From Flavobacterium sp. (GTDB taxonomy: Bacteria > Bacteroidota > Bacteroidia > Flavobacteriales > Flavobacteriaceae), in the NCBI RefSeq assembly GCF_027484705.1, contig NZ_JAIXSL010000020.1, forward strand, positions 18,172 through 82,171: 64,000 nt of DNA, in the 5' to 3' direction. The translations under genes and the position numbers were made by a program. Under the pieces are notes generated by a model, which was given only the letters and a program-made list of their open reading frames with translations, searched no databases and was not told the origin of the DNA. Numbering within the stretch: position 1 is the stretch's first letter; each line of letters opens with the position of its first letter. Shown one piece after another: positions 39,923 through 49,295 of the stretch.

Positions 39923-40642
39923 ATGAATTCAAAATACATCAAAGAAAACGCGAATGATGTGGTGCACCATCTGGAATACAACTCAGAAAGAAGGCATCTG
40001 ATCATTCCCGAATACGGCCGTCACCTGCAAAAACTGATCGATCAGGCTACGGTCATTCCGGATCGTGACGAACGCAATAAAGTAGCGAAATATATCATTC
40101 AGGTCATGGGAAGTCTGAACCCGCATTTGCGCGATGTGCCTGATTTTCAACACAAATTGTGGGACCAGATTTTCATCATGTCAGATTTCAGACTCGATGT
40201 AGATTCGCCTTACCCGATTCCGTCAAGAGAGGTTTTGGTATTGAAGCCGGATCCGCTGAGTTATCCGCAGAACTTTCCGAAGTACCGTTTTTATGGCAAC
40301 AATATCAAATATATGATTGATGTCGCCAACCAATGGGAAGAAGGTGAACTCAAAGGCGCATTGATCAAAGTGATTGCCAACCACATGAAAAAATCATACC
40401 TGAGCTGGAATAAAGATACCGTGACTGACGCCGTTATTTTTGAGCATCTTTTCGAATTGTCTGACGGAAAAATCAATCTGATCCAAAGCTCGGAAGAATT
40501 ATTAAATACGACCGATCTGATGCGCACCAACAAACGCGTCTCGAACAAAATCATGCCGGCCGGACAACCTAAAATCCAGAACAATAAAAACAAAACCGGA
40601 AAGCCTAAGCCTTTTCAGAAGAAAAATAATAATCCGAAGTAA
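39923..40642 (+). CDS. DUF4290 domain protein
   Basis: LEYNSER..LIIPEYGRHLQK, KLWDQIFIMSDF.LDVDSPYP, YRFYG. Confidence 0.85.
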   Translation: MNSKYIKENANDVVHHLEYNSERRHLIIPEYGRHLQKLIDQATVIPDRDERNKVAKYIIQVMGSLNPHLRDVPDFQHKLWDQIFIMSDFRLDVDSPYPIPSREVLVLKPDPLSYPQNFPKYRFYGNNIKYMIDVANQWEEGELKGALIKVIANHMKKSYLSWNKDTVTDAVIFEHLFELSDGKINLIQSSEELLNTTDLMRTNKRVSNKIMPAGQPKIQNNKNKTGKPKPFQKKNNNPK

Positions 40643-40704
40643 AGGTGCTAAGGTGCAGCGTTACGCTCGGAAACCTTAAATCCTCAGAACCTTAGAACCT
40701 CAAG
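40642..40704. repeat. Octamer-repeat palindrome before murA
   Basis: Left arm (AAGGTGCT)(AAGGTGCA); right arm (ACCTTAAA)(TCCTCAGA)(ACCTTAGA)(ACCTCAAG); arms complementary; inner AGCG-TTA-CGCT. Confidence 0.6.
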
Positions 40705-40706
40705 AA

Positions 40707-42014
40707 ATGGGAACTTTTAAAATTGAAGGAGGCATCCGCCTTAAAGGAGAAGTCAAGCCACAAGGCGCGAAAAACGAAGCATTACAGATTTTGTGTGCAG
40801 TGTTATTAACGCCCGAAAAAGTAACAATCAATAATATTCCGGACATCATCGATGTCAATAAACTCATCACCTTATTAGGAAATCTGGGCGTCAAAATCCA
40901 GAGAAATGGCGAAGGCTCGATTACGTTCCAGTCGGATGAAGTGAATGTTGGTTATCTAGAAACCGAAGCGTTCAAAAAAGAAGGCGGTTCGCTCAGAGGT
41001 TCGATTATGATTGTCGGCCCTTTATTGGCGCGTTACGGAAAAGGATACATTCCAAAACCGGGCGGTGACAAAATCGGAAGACGCCGTCTCGATACGCACT
41101 TTGAAGGATTCATCAATCTCGGCGCCAAATTCCGCTACAATCGTGAAGACCACTTTTATGGTGTAGAAGCGCCAGACGGACTTACCGGAACCGACATGCT
41201 TTTGGACGAAGCTTCCGTGACCGGAACTGCGAACATTGTGATGGCGGCGGTTTTGGCTAAAGGAACAACGACCGTTTACAATGCGGCCTGCGAACCTTAT
41301 TTGCAGCAGTTGTGTAAAATGCTCAATTCGATGGGCGCCAATATCAAAGGGGTAGGTTCTAACTTGTTGACGATTGAAGGCGTTGAATCTTTGGGCGGTT
41401 GCTCACACAGAATCCTTCCCGATATGATTGAAATCGGCAGCTGGATTGGTCTGGCGGCGATGACAAGAAGTGAAATTACGATTAAAGATGTGAGTTGGGA
41501 CAACCTTGGTGTGATTCCGAATACGTTCAGAAAATTAGGGATTACCATTGAAAGAAAAGGCGACGATATCTATATTCCAACACATGAGAATTACCAGATC
41601 AAAACCGATATTGATGGCTCGATTCTGACGATAGCCGATGCGCCGTGGCCGGGATTTACGCCGGATTTGTTGAGTATTGTTCTTGTAGTCGCAACACAAG
41701 CCAATGGCGATGTTTTGATCCACCAGAAAATGTTCGAAAGCCGTTTGTTCTTCGTCGATAAACTCATTGATATGGGTGCAAAAATCATGCTTTGCGATCC
41801 GCACCGCGCGGTGGTTATGGGCCATGATTTCAAGTCGCAACTCAAAGCTACTACGATGTCGTCACCTGATATCCGTGCCGGAATTTCGTTATTGATTGCT
41901 GCATTATCGGCAAAAGGAACAAGCACCATTCAAAATATAGAACAGATTGACCGCGGTTACGAACGCATCGATGAAAGGTTGCGTGCGTTGGGAGCCAATA
42001 TCGTCCGCGTATAA
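40707..42014 (+). CDS. murA: UDP-N-acetylglucosamine 1-carboxyvinyltransferase
   Basis: GAKNEAL, LRGSI, PGGDKIGRR (Asp at the Cys115 position), SVTGTANI, PWPGFTPD, DIRAG, IDRGYE. Confidence 0.97.
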   Translation: MGTFKIEGGIRLKGEVKPQGAKNEALQILCAVLLTPEKVTINNIPDIIDVNKLITLLGNLGVKIQRNGEGSITFQSDEVNVGYLETEAFKKEGGSLRGSIMIVGPLLARYGKGYIPKPGGDKIGRRRLDTHFEGFINLGAKFRYNREDHFYGVEAPDGLTGTDMLLDEASVTGTANIVMAAVLAKGTTTVYNAACEPYLQQLCKMLNSMGANIKGVGSNLLTIEGVESLGGCSHRILPDMIEIGSWIGLAAMTRSEITIKDVSWDNLGVIPNTFRKLGITIERKGDDIYIPTHENYQIKTDIDGSILTIADAPWPGFTPDLLSIVLVVATQANGDVLIHQKMFESRLFFVDKLIDMGAKIMLCDPHRAVVMGHDFKSQLKATTMSSPDIRAGISLLIAALSAKGTSTIQNIEQIDRGYERIDERLRALGANIVRV

Positions 42015-42032
42015 TTTCAGAAATTACGCATT

Positions 42033-42395
42033 ATGGAACATAAAGCCAAATCAATCCGTCCATTTATCGGATCAGAAAACTACGAAGTTTCGCGCAGTTT
42101 TTATCGCGATTTAGGTTTTACGGAGCATGTCTTATCGCACAATATGTCTTATTTTGAGACTGACGGTTTTGGGTTTTATTTGCAGGACGCTTACGTAAAA
42201 GACTGGATTGATAACACGATGGTTTTTATGGAAGTGGAAGATGTACACCGTTTTTACAAGGAACTTTTAGCTTTAAACTTAACATCCGAATACGAAACCG
42301 CAAAACTCATTCCTGTAAAAGAACTCGAATGGGGCAGGGAATGTTTTGTGATTGACCCGAGCGGAATTCTATGGCATTTCGGAGAATTCTATTAA
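42033..42395 (+). CDS. VOC/glyoxalase family protein
   Basis: IRPFI...YEVSRSFYRDLGF, WG.ECFVIDPSGILWHF. Confidence 0.85.
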   Translation: MEHKAKSIRPFIGSENYEVSRSFYRDLGFTEHVLSHNMSYFETDGFGFYLQDAYVKDWIDNTMVFMEVEDVHRFYKELLALNLTSEYETAKLIPVKELEWGRECFVIDPSGILWHFGEFY

Positions 42396-42441
42396 GTAAA
42401 TTTCAAATAATTTTCGCATTTGCGGATATAAAAATAAACCA

Positions 42442-43314
42442 ATGACCAACGAACAAACGGCTGTCAAAGCGACTTACTTCAGCATCATTGGAAACACTTG
42501 TCTGGCGATCATTAAAGGATTGGCTGGATTTTTCGGCAATTCCTATGCGTTGATTGCCGATGCGATTGAATCGACTACTGATATTTTCTCGTCTTTTTTG
42601 GTTTTGTTCGGCATCAAATATTCGAACAAACCGGCTGACGAAAATCACCCTTATGGTCATGGCCGCGCTGAACCTTTAATCACGTTTTTAGTCGTTGGAT
42701 TTCTGATCACTTCAGCCACCATCATCGCTTATGAAAGTATCAGCAACATTCAAACGCCGCACGAACTTCCCAAAAAATGGACATTGATTGTATTAGCGGT
42801 CATCATTTTATGGAAAGAATATTCGTTCCGACTGGTGATGCGAAGAAGCAAAGAATCAAACAGTTCTTCGTTGCGCGCCGATGCCTGGCACCACAGAAGC
42901 GACGCGATTACTTCGGTGGCTGCGTTTATCGGAATTTCAATCGCTTTGATTCTCGGGAAAGGGTACGAATCTGCTGACGACTGGGCGGCACTTTTCGCCT
43001 CAGGATTTATCATCTACAACAGCTATTTGATTTTCAGACCCGCTTTAGGCGAAATCATGGACGAACATTTATACGACGATTTGATTGATGAAATCCGCAA
43101 AGTTTCTCATGAAGTGGAAGGCGTTATAGAAACCGAAAAGTGTTTTATCCGTAAAGCCGGAATGAAATACCACGTCGATTTACATGCCGTCGTTGATGCG
43201 AATATCTCCGTCAAAGCCGGACACGACATCGCCCATTTGCTTACCGATACGCTTCGGAAAGAAATTCCGGAACTGGGACATGTGCTCATTCATATTGAGC
43301 CTAACGATTATTGA
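42442..43314 (+). CDS. Cation diffusion facilitator transporter
   Basis: SYALIADAIES, PADENHPYGHGRAE, LRADAWHHRSD, GHDIAH, VLIHIEP. Confidence 0.93.
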   Translation: MTNEQTAVKATYFSIIGNTCLAIIKGLAGFFGNSYALIADAIESTTDIFSSFLVLFGIKYSNKPADENHPYGHGRAEPLITFLVVGFLITSATIIAYESISNIQTPHELPKKWTLIVLAVIILWKEYSFRLVMRRSKESNSSSLRADAWHHRSDAITSVAAFIGISIALILGKGYESADDWAALFASGFIIYNSYLIFRPALGEIMDEHLYDDLIDEIRKVSHEVEGVIETEKCFIRKAGMKYHVDLHAVVDANISVKAGHDIAHLLTDTLRKEIPELGHVLIHIEPNDY

Positions 43315-43316
43315 TT

Positions 43317-45788
43317 TTATTGAAAGGCATTCAGGATTTTCAAACCGAAAACTACACCGTCTAGCTGATGCCCGCTTTGATACGAATGGATATAATCGAT
43401 TCTGAAAACCTTTAATTTTCCAAAACCAATATGATCCAGACCGACCGTATATTCGTGATACGGACTTCTTTCGGGAATGGTCAGATTGTGATAGCCCAAA
43501 ACCAAAGTCGAATGCAGTTTGTTGAGCAACGGGATTTTGTTCATGATAAATCCGTTGTCGTCGTGTTCGGCATGAATCTCAAGATAAGCATCATTGGTGC
43601 TCGCACTATAATAAGGTAACAAATTGAATACATTCAGATAACGGTCATTTGTTCCGACATAAGTCTGGTTGCCGTTGAAATGTTTGTAATCTACGAACGA
43701 GATTTCTTTGGCGTTGAAAAATTTCCCTGCTTTCACATTCATTTCCAGATTTCCTTTGTTGCCAAGTGTTACGTCATAAGTAATTCGGGAATGCATATGG
43801 TCAAAATTGTAGTGGTTTTCATTGCCACCGAATCCTTTTTCATAACCTAAATAAACGACGGGAAATTGGTCGTCTTCGAGATTGAATTTGCCGTCCGGAC
43901 GCGTCCAGTAACGTTGTCCGAAATTAATTCTTGCCGTTAATGACGCATTGATTAGATTGTGTTTGGTAATCACAGGTGTCATCTCGTCGTCTGGTAACAA
44001 AGGATTGTTTGAAGTGAATTCCTTATTTTTTTTGATGATTACGTGATCGGTTGTGTTGAAAACGGGTTTTCTTTCGGAATATACCAGCTCGGCATTTAAA
44101 GTCAATCCGTTGAAGACTTCCCTTTCAAAACAGGCGTTGATGAAATGGCGCTCGTACAACTTCATGTAATTGTCTTTAAAAAATAACGTGCTGACCGTAT
44201 TAATGAGTTTGCTAATCGGATTGCTGTAGTTGAACTGCGCGAGTTGACTTCCCGCAGCAAATCGTAATTCGCTTTGGTTCTGGTTGTTGAATTTGTTGAC
44301 GTAATTGATATAACTTCTAAATTTCTCTTCCGATAATCCGTAATCAAAAACGGCTTCGAGTATCGAATAGGTTCTGGTGTCGTTGTCTCTTTTGGTGAAA
44401 CCTATACCGGTATTGAAATCCCAGCCCTGAACGGTATTATAGCTGATGCCTTTGATCAGTCCGCCGTAATCTAACGACCATTTTTTAAACGAATTTTTAT
44501 ATTGGTAACCTAAAATCAGGTCTGAAACTCCAAGTTTGTTGTGCTTGGCATCAATAGAATCGAGGTAAGGTTTTGATTTCTTTTTGGTTTGCAACAAATC
44601 TTTCTTGAGATAATCCGCGCTTTCTTCTTCCGTTAAAGGCACAGGACGCGATTGGTTCCAGAACGCATCGTCCTTTTTGTTGGCGTCTTTTTCAAAACTC
44701 AGCACTTCATGGGTAAAGGTTCTCTTGCCGAAGCGTTCCTGGAATTCATAATTCGAATACACATAAGTAAAACGCCCTGAGATATTGATGCCCAACATGC
44801 CGGCAATGAAATCCAGCGTTTGCGTATTCTTAATCCAGATTTTTTGCTCGTTGCTGTAACTGAAATTCTGTTTCAAAGTCAGCGAATTCATGGCAGGCAT
44901 TTGAATCTGGTCGCCCTGAACGGTAAGATCAATCGCATAAATCGCCCAACTATCTTCTACTATATATAGGTAGCCTTGCATGACAGGTTCGCTGGTTCGC
45001 TTTGGCGTGACTTTGATTTTATTGATCTGGATGTTGTTTTCATTAAAGAAAGTGCCTTCGAGTTTGTACTTATAATAGTTGAAGGCGTTGTCGGCAATAG
45101 GCGAAACTACATTGGTCTGGAAAGCAAGGTAGTTGTCATAGAAGTCGAAATTGGCGGAAGCAGCGTTGTTGAAGCTATAACCGTTATCCTTGCCGCTGAC
45201 TTTGGAGGCCAAAATAACTTCCTTTAATTTATCGGGTTTTTCACAGGTGATTTTGGAAACGGTTTCCGATAGATACAAAATGCCACTTCGGGTGGAATCT
45301 AAAATTTCATCAAAATTGTCAAACTTCTGACCGAGGATTTTCTTCGGAGCATCTTTAATCCTGAAAATACCGCGCGAATAGAAATCGGCTTTATAATGAT
45401 TTGTTGGTCCTGAATTTTCTTTTTTATGGGCGATGGCGTTTCTGATGACTTCGTTCGCGGGGTTATTTTTTCGGTCGATCACCACGTCGTTGAGGATGAT
45501 GTTTTCTTCAAGCATCTGAATGTCGCGGATTTTGAGCGATTTTTCGGAAACGAACTTTACTTTTTGGCTTTTGTAACCGAGATATTGAAATACTAATACG
45601 TAGATTCCTGGTTTCATTTCTAAATAATATTCGCCCTGATCGTTGGTGGTCGTTCCGATGGAAGTATTTTCGATATGGATCGAAACAGCAGCCAACGGAT
45701 TTCCGTTTTCGTCAGTGACTTTTCCTTTAATCTGGGCAAGGCTTATGAATGAAACGAAGAGCAAGGCTAGGGCGAATAGATTTTTCAT
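43317..45788 (-). CDS. Outer-membrane protein with carboxypeptidase-regulatory-like N-domain and DUF5686-like barrel
   Basis: Signal peptide; IKGKVTD..G.PL..VSI, GTTTN..G.Y, FQYLGY; long beta-rich C-terminus. Confidence 0.8.
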   Translation of the reverse strand: MKNLFALALLFVSFISLAQIKGKVTDENGNPLAAVSIHIENTSIGTTTNDQGEYYLEMKPGIYVLVFQYLGYKSQKVKFVSEKSLKIRDIQMLEENIILNDVVIDRKNNPANEVIRNAIAHKKENSGPTNHYKADFYSRGIFRIKDAPKKILGQKFDNFDEILDSTRSGILYLSETVSKITCEKPDKLKEVILASKVSGKDNGYSFNNAASANFDFYDNYLAFQTNVVSPIADNAFNYYKYKLEGTFFNENNIQINKIKVTPKRTSEPVMQGYLYIVEDSWAIYAIDLTVQGDQIQMPAMNSLTLKQNFSYSNEQKIWIKNTQTLDFIAGMLGINISGRFTYVYSNYEFQERFGKRTFTHEVLSFEKDANKKDDAFWNQSRPVPLTEEESADYLKKDLLQTKKKSKPYLDSIDAKHNKLGVSDLILGYQYKNSFKKWSLDYGGLIKGISYNTVQGWDFNTGIGFTKRDNDTRTYSILEAVFDYGLSEEKFRSYINYVNKFNNQNQSELRFAAGSQLAQFNYSNPISKLINTVSTLFFKDNYMKLYERHFINACFEREVFNGLTLNAELVYSERKPVFNTTDHVIIKKNKEFTSNNPLLPDDEMTPVITKHNLINASLTARINFGQRYWTRPDGKFNLEDDQFPVVYLGYEKGFGGNENHYNFDHMHSRITYDVTLGNKGNLEMNVKAGKFFNAKEISFVDYKHFNGNQTYVGTNDRYLNVFNLLPYYSASTNDAYLEIHAEHDDNGFIMNKIPLLNKLHSTLVLGYHNLTIPERSPYHEYTVGLDHIGFGKLKVFRIDYIHSYQSGHQLDGVVFGLKILNAFQ

Positions 45789-45809
45789 AAACTTTCTATT
45801 ATGAACGGA

Positions 45810-46232
45810 TTATTTTATAAAAGATTGAAGCGCCAGTTGATAGCTGTCGAGGCCAAAACCGATGATAATTCCTTTGGCATGAGCGGAAATAAAGGAATGA
45901 TGCCTGAAGTCTTCACGGGCGAAGGTATTTGAAATGTGCACTTCAATGACAGGTGTTGTGATGGCTTTGACGGCATCTCCGATTCCGATGGAAGTATGCG
46001 TGTAAGCCGCAGCATTCAGTATAATACCATCATAGGTAAAACCGACTTCCTGGATTTTATTTATGAGTTCCCCTTCAATATTACTTTGAAAGCAGGAAAG
46101 GCTGATGTCAGGGAATTTGTTTTGAAGGTTTGTAAAATAACCATCAAAAGATTGGTTCCCGTATATGGCAGGTTCTCGTTGCCCGATGAGGTTGATATTA
46201 GGGCCGTTGATGATGATGATTCTCATTGTCAT
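45810..46232 (-). CDS. aroQ: Type II 3-dehydroquinate dehydratase
   Basis: INGPNINLIGQREP..YG, QSN.EG.LI, NAAAYTHTS, EVHISN..ARE.FRH.S. Confidence 0.96.
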   Translation of the reverse strand: MTMRIIIINGPNINLIGQREPAIYGNQSFDGYFTNLQNKFPDISLSCFQSNIEGELINKIQEVGFTYDGIILNAAAYTHTSIGIGDAVKAITTPVIEVHISNTFAREDFRHHSFISAHAKGIIIGFGLDSYQLALQSFIK

Positions 46233-46954
46233 TTTTTTATGTATACAAATTAAGCAAAAATAAACTGAGTGTTTGATTTCAGTTAGATTTAATTTTAGGT
46301 TGCGAACTAATGAGGTATGACTCCAAATATTACGTGCGCAGATAGATTATTAACTAGTATATTTTTTACAAAAGTGTCCACAATGTTTGTCATCATTACT
46401 AAAGGTTTGCTTTTTAAAAGCGTTTTGTATCAGGATATGCATAATCAAAATGATAAATTGACAAATTATTGCTACCAGTTTGTTCTTTTCTTTAAAGAAT
46501 TTTAATGTTTTTCATACTTTTTATAGATTATTCCGTTTCTGGATTGTTCCTATTTAACAAGATAATAGCTATTATAAACTATGAAAAAAGAAGGTTATCA
46601 ACAAATAAACATTATTGTGTTAATAAAAAAGTTAACAACTCAAGAACTTCTAAAAATGCAATTTCATGGGATTACTTTAGCTGACATTATAAAAATAAAA
46701 CAATGATGTCAAAGAATTTACATGTTATCTATTTAAATATAAATTATTAATAATCAATTGTTTAGTGGTTTTTTAAATTAATCTATTTTAACGTTGATTA
46801 TTCTTTAACACGCAAACTTTATGGCTTTTAAAGAATTCATAATTAGGGCAGTAGGGTAGTAGCTAATGATGTTTATCAAAAAAAAAACACCAAAAATTTT
46901 TTTTTTAACAATTTATCCTATCTTTGCGTCATTAATTTTAAACAAAACAATAAC

Positions 46955-47557
46955 ATGAAAAAAATTATTTTATCAACTGTAGCGATTTTGGCATTTGGTT
47001 TTGCTAACGCTCAAGACAAAGGTGGTTCAGGAGAAGGTTTCTCTAAAGGAGATGTTTTCTTATCTGGTCAAGTAGGATTTGGTTCTTCTAAATACACTGC
47101 AGCAGGTAACTACAAAGAAGATTCTTTCACATTTTCTCCAAGTGTTGGATATTTTGTAACTGAGAACATCGCTTTAGGATTGGGTTTGACAATTTCTAAC
47201 TCAAGCACACAGGCTACTGAAGCTGCTGACAAATCTAAAGTAAACACTACAGGATTTGATGTAATGGGTAGATACTACTTCACACCATCTAACCAATTTT
47301 CAGTTTATGGTCAATTAGGTGTTGGTTACCAATCAACTAAATATGATGCTGCTGACGTAAAAGTTAATGGATTCGGAGTAAATGTTGGTCCTGGTGTTAG
47401 CTACTTCATCTCTAAAAACTTCGCTATGGAAGCAGGTTGGGGAGTATTGAGCTATGCTACTGCTAAAGCTGATTCTACAGGTGCTGAAAGCTCTACAGAT
47501 TTCGGTTTGAATGTAAACCTTAATGACATTAATTTCGGATTAGTTTACAAATTCTAA
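46955..47557 (+). CDS. Outer-membrane beta-barrel protein (8-strand porin-like) 1
   Basis: Signal MKKIILSTVAILAFGFANAQ; alternating aromatic beta strands; terminal VYKF; promoter TATCTTTG 46919-46926. Confidence 0.85.
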   Translation: MKKIILSTVAILAFGFANAQDKGGSGEGFSKGDVFLSGQVGFGSSKYTAAGNYKEDSFTFSPSVGYFVTENIALGLGLTISNSSTQATEAADKSKVNTTGFDVMGRYYFTPSNQFSVYGQLGVGYQSTKYDAADVKVNGFGVNVGPGVSYFISKNFAMEAGWGVLSYATAKADSTGAESSTDFGLNVNLNDINFGLVYKF

Positions 47558-47575
47558 TTAGAATTCTTTCATAAT

Positions 47576-47605
47576 AAAACCACGCCATTGGCGTGGTTTT
47601 TTATT
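47576..47605 (+). terminator. Terminator after OMP 1
   Basis: AAAACCACGCC-ATT-GGCGTGGTTTT plus T-tract. Confidence 0.85.
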
Positions 47606-47682
47606 TTATATCAAATTGAACTGACTTGCATTGGACGGAGTTTGTTATATATTTGTCCTGAACTAAATTAAAATTTAATAAC

Positions 47683-48177
47683 ATGAAAAAAATTATTTTA
47701 TCAGCATTAGCGGTTTTAGTATTCGGTTATGCTAACGCACAAGATGGCATGTCTTTTGGCGTTAAAGGTGGTTTGGATTTGGTTGGACTGAAAGCCGATG
47801 GCTATTCGGAGAGTTTAACTGGTTTCTTTGCTGGCGGTTTTGTAGAATTTGGTATCGCAGACCAATTTACATTGCAACCCGGACTTAATTATCATACAGC
47901 TTCAAAAACTGTAGATGAAGCCAAGATAAAGGCGAATTTTCTAAGTATTCCAGTACTTGTAAAATATGAAATAGCGGAAAAATTCAATGTAATGGCTGGT
48001 CCGTCATTGTATTATAGTTTAGAATCTGATGATAATGACAAAACAAGATTTAATTTTGATGTTGGTGCTTCCTATGACATTACAGAAAATTTCTTTGCTG
48101 AGCCAAGATATTCAGTGGGAGCTACAGGAGATGTTAAAGTAAGCCACTTTTTACTAGCAGTTGGATATAAATTCTAA
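47683..48177 (+). CDS. Outer-membrane beta-barrel protein (porin family) 2
   Basis: Signal MKKIILSALAVLVFGYANAQ; FGVKGG, GF.AG.FVE, LSIPVL.KY; terminal GYKF; promoter TATATTTG 47648-47655. Confidence 0.85.
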   Translation: MKKIILSALAVLVFGYANAQDGMSFGVKGGLDLVGLKADGYSESLTGFFAGGFVEFGIADQFTLQPGLNYHTASKTVDEAKIKANFLSIPVLVKYEIAEKFNVMAGPSLYYSLESDDNDKTRFNFDVGASYDITENFFAEPRYSVGATGDVKVSHFLLAVGYKF

Positions 48178-48198
48178 TATTGTTTACCATGCAATCTT

Positions 48199-48223
48199 AA
48201 CCTCTCATTCGGGAGGTTTTTTT
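48199..48223 (+). terminator. Terminator after OMP 2
   Basis: AACCTCTC-ATTC-GGGAGGTT plus T-tract. Confidence 0.8.
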
Positions 48224-48251
48224 ATGCGCTAAATTGTCTTTACTTTGCAGC

Positions 48252-49148
48252 ATGAACTGGAAAACCTATATCAAAAGTTACCAATCGTATTTGAGAATAG
48301 AACGTGGTCTGTCTAAAAATACGATAGAGAATTATACTTTCGACATAGTGCGGCTTTGCGATTATTTAGACCACAATGCTATTGATATATCACCTGTCAA
48401 AATTTCCGAAGAAATAGTACAACAGTTTATTTATCATATTGCAAAGGAAGTAAATCCGCGTTCACAGGCAAGAATTATTTCGGGCCTCAAAAGTTTTTTT
48501 TCATATCTAATTTTTGAAGATTATCGCAACGACAATCCATTAGAGTTGATCGAAGCGCCAAGAATAGGTCGTAAACTACCCGATACTTTATCGCTTATTG
48601 AAATTGATCAATTAATCGCTGCTATTGATTTGTCTTCTAATGAAGGCGAACGAAACAGAACTATTCTTGAAACCTTATATAGTTGCGGGCTTCGTGTTTC
48701 TGAATTGATTACCCTCAAAATTTCCGATCTTTTTTTCGATGAAGGTTTTATTAAGATTACAGGAAAAGGGAACAAACAGCGTTTTGTTCCGATTAGTGCG
48801 TTTACCCAGAAATATATTGAGTTGTATAAGAATGAAGTGCGTAATAAACTCCCGATTCAAAAAGGATTTGAGGATACTTTATTCCTAAATCGCAGAGGGA
48901 AACAATTAACTAGAGCGATGATTTTTACCATTATAAAAGATTTAGCCGTCAAAATTAATTTAAAAAAAACTATAAGCCCACATACGCTCAGGCATTCATT
49001 TGCTTCACATTTGCTCGAAAACGGAGCTGATTTAAGATCTATTCAATTGATGTTAGGGCACGAATCGATTACGACTACCGAAATTTATGTGCATCTTGAC
49101 CGCAAACATCTAACCCAAGTCGTTAATAATTTTCATCCTAGAAAATAA
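48252..49148 (+). CDS. xerD: Site-specific tyrosine recombinase XerD
   Basis: ERGLSKNTIENY, RNRTILETLYSCGLRVSEL, GKGNKQRFVP, SPHTLRHSFASHLLENGADLR.IQ.MLGH..I.TTEIY; 298 aa from ATG 48252. Confidence 0.9.
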   Translation: MNWKTYIKSYQSYLRIERGLSKNTIENYTFDIVRLCDYLDHNAIDISPVKISEEIVQQFIYHIAKEVNPRSQARIISGLKSFFSYLIFEDYRNDNPLELIEAPRIGRKLPDTLSLIEIDQLIAAIDLSSNEGERNRTILETLYSCGLRVSELITLKISDLFFDEGFIKITGKGNKQRFVPISAFTQKYIELYKNEVRNKLPIQKGFEDTLFLNRRGKQLTRAMIFTIIKDLAVKINLKKTISPHTLRHSFASHLLENGADLRSIQLMLGHESITTTEIYVHLDRKHLTQVVNNFHPRK

Positions 49149-49295
49149 TTAAAATCTTACAAAAAATGTTAAAAAATGTATTTTATCCGATTAAAATGCA
49201 TTTTATCGATTTATTTTATTTATGTTTGACGTCGTTATGGAAAATCAGCTGTAACGATTTATACAATTTGTCCCAAACTAATTTGTATTCAAACT

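Noticed and set aside
48252-49148. Tyrosine recombinase as the integrase of a genomic island or invertase of the adhesin IRs
   Set aside because: Length and motifs match housekeeping XerD; no att duplication; flanking genes are core-like; nothing links it to the 11-bp IRs.
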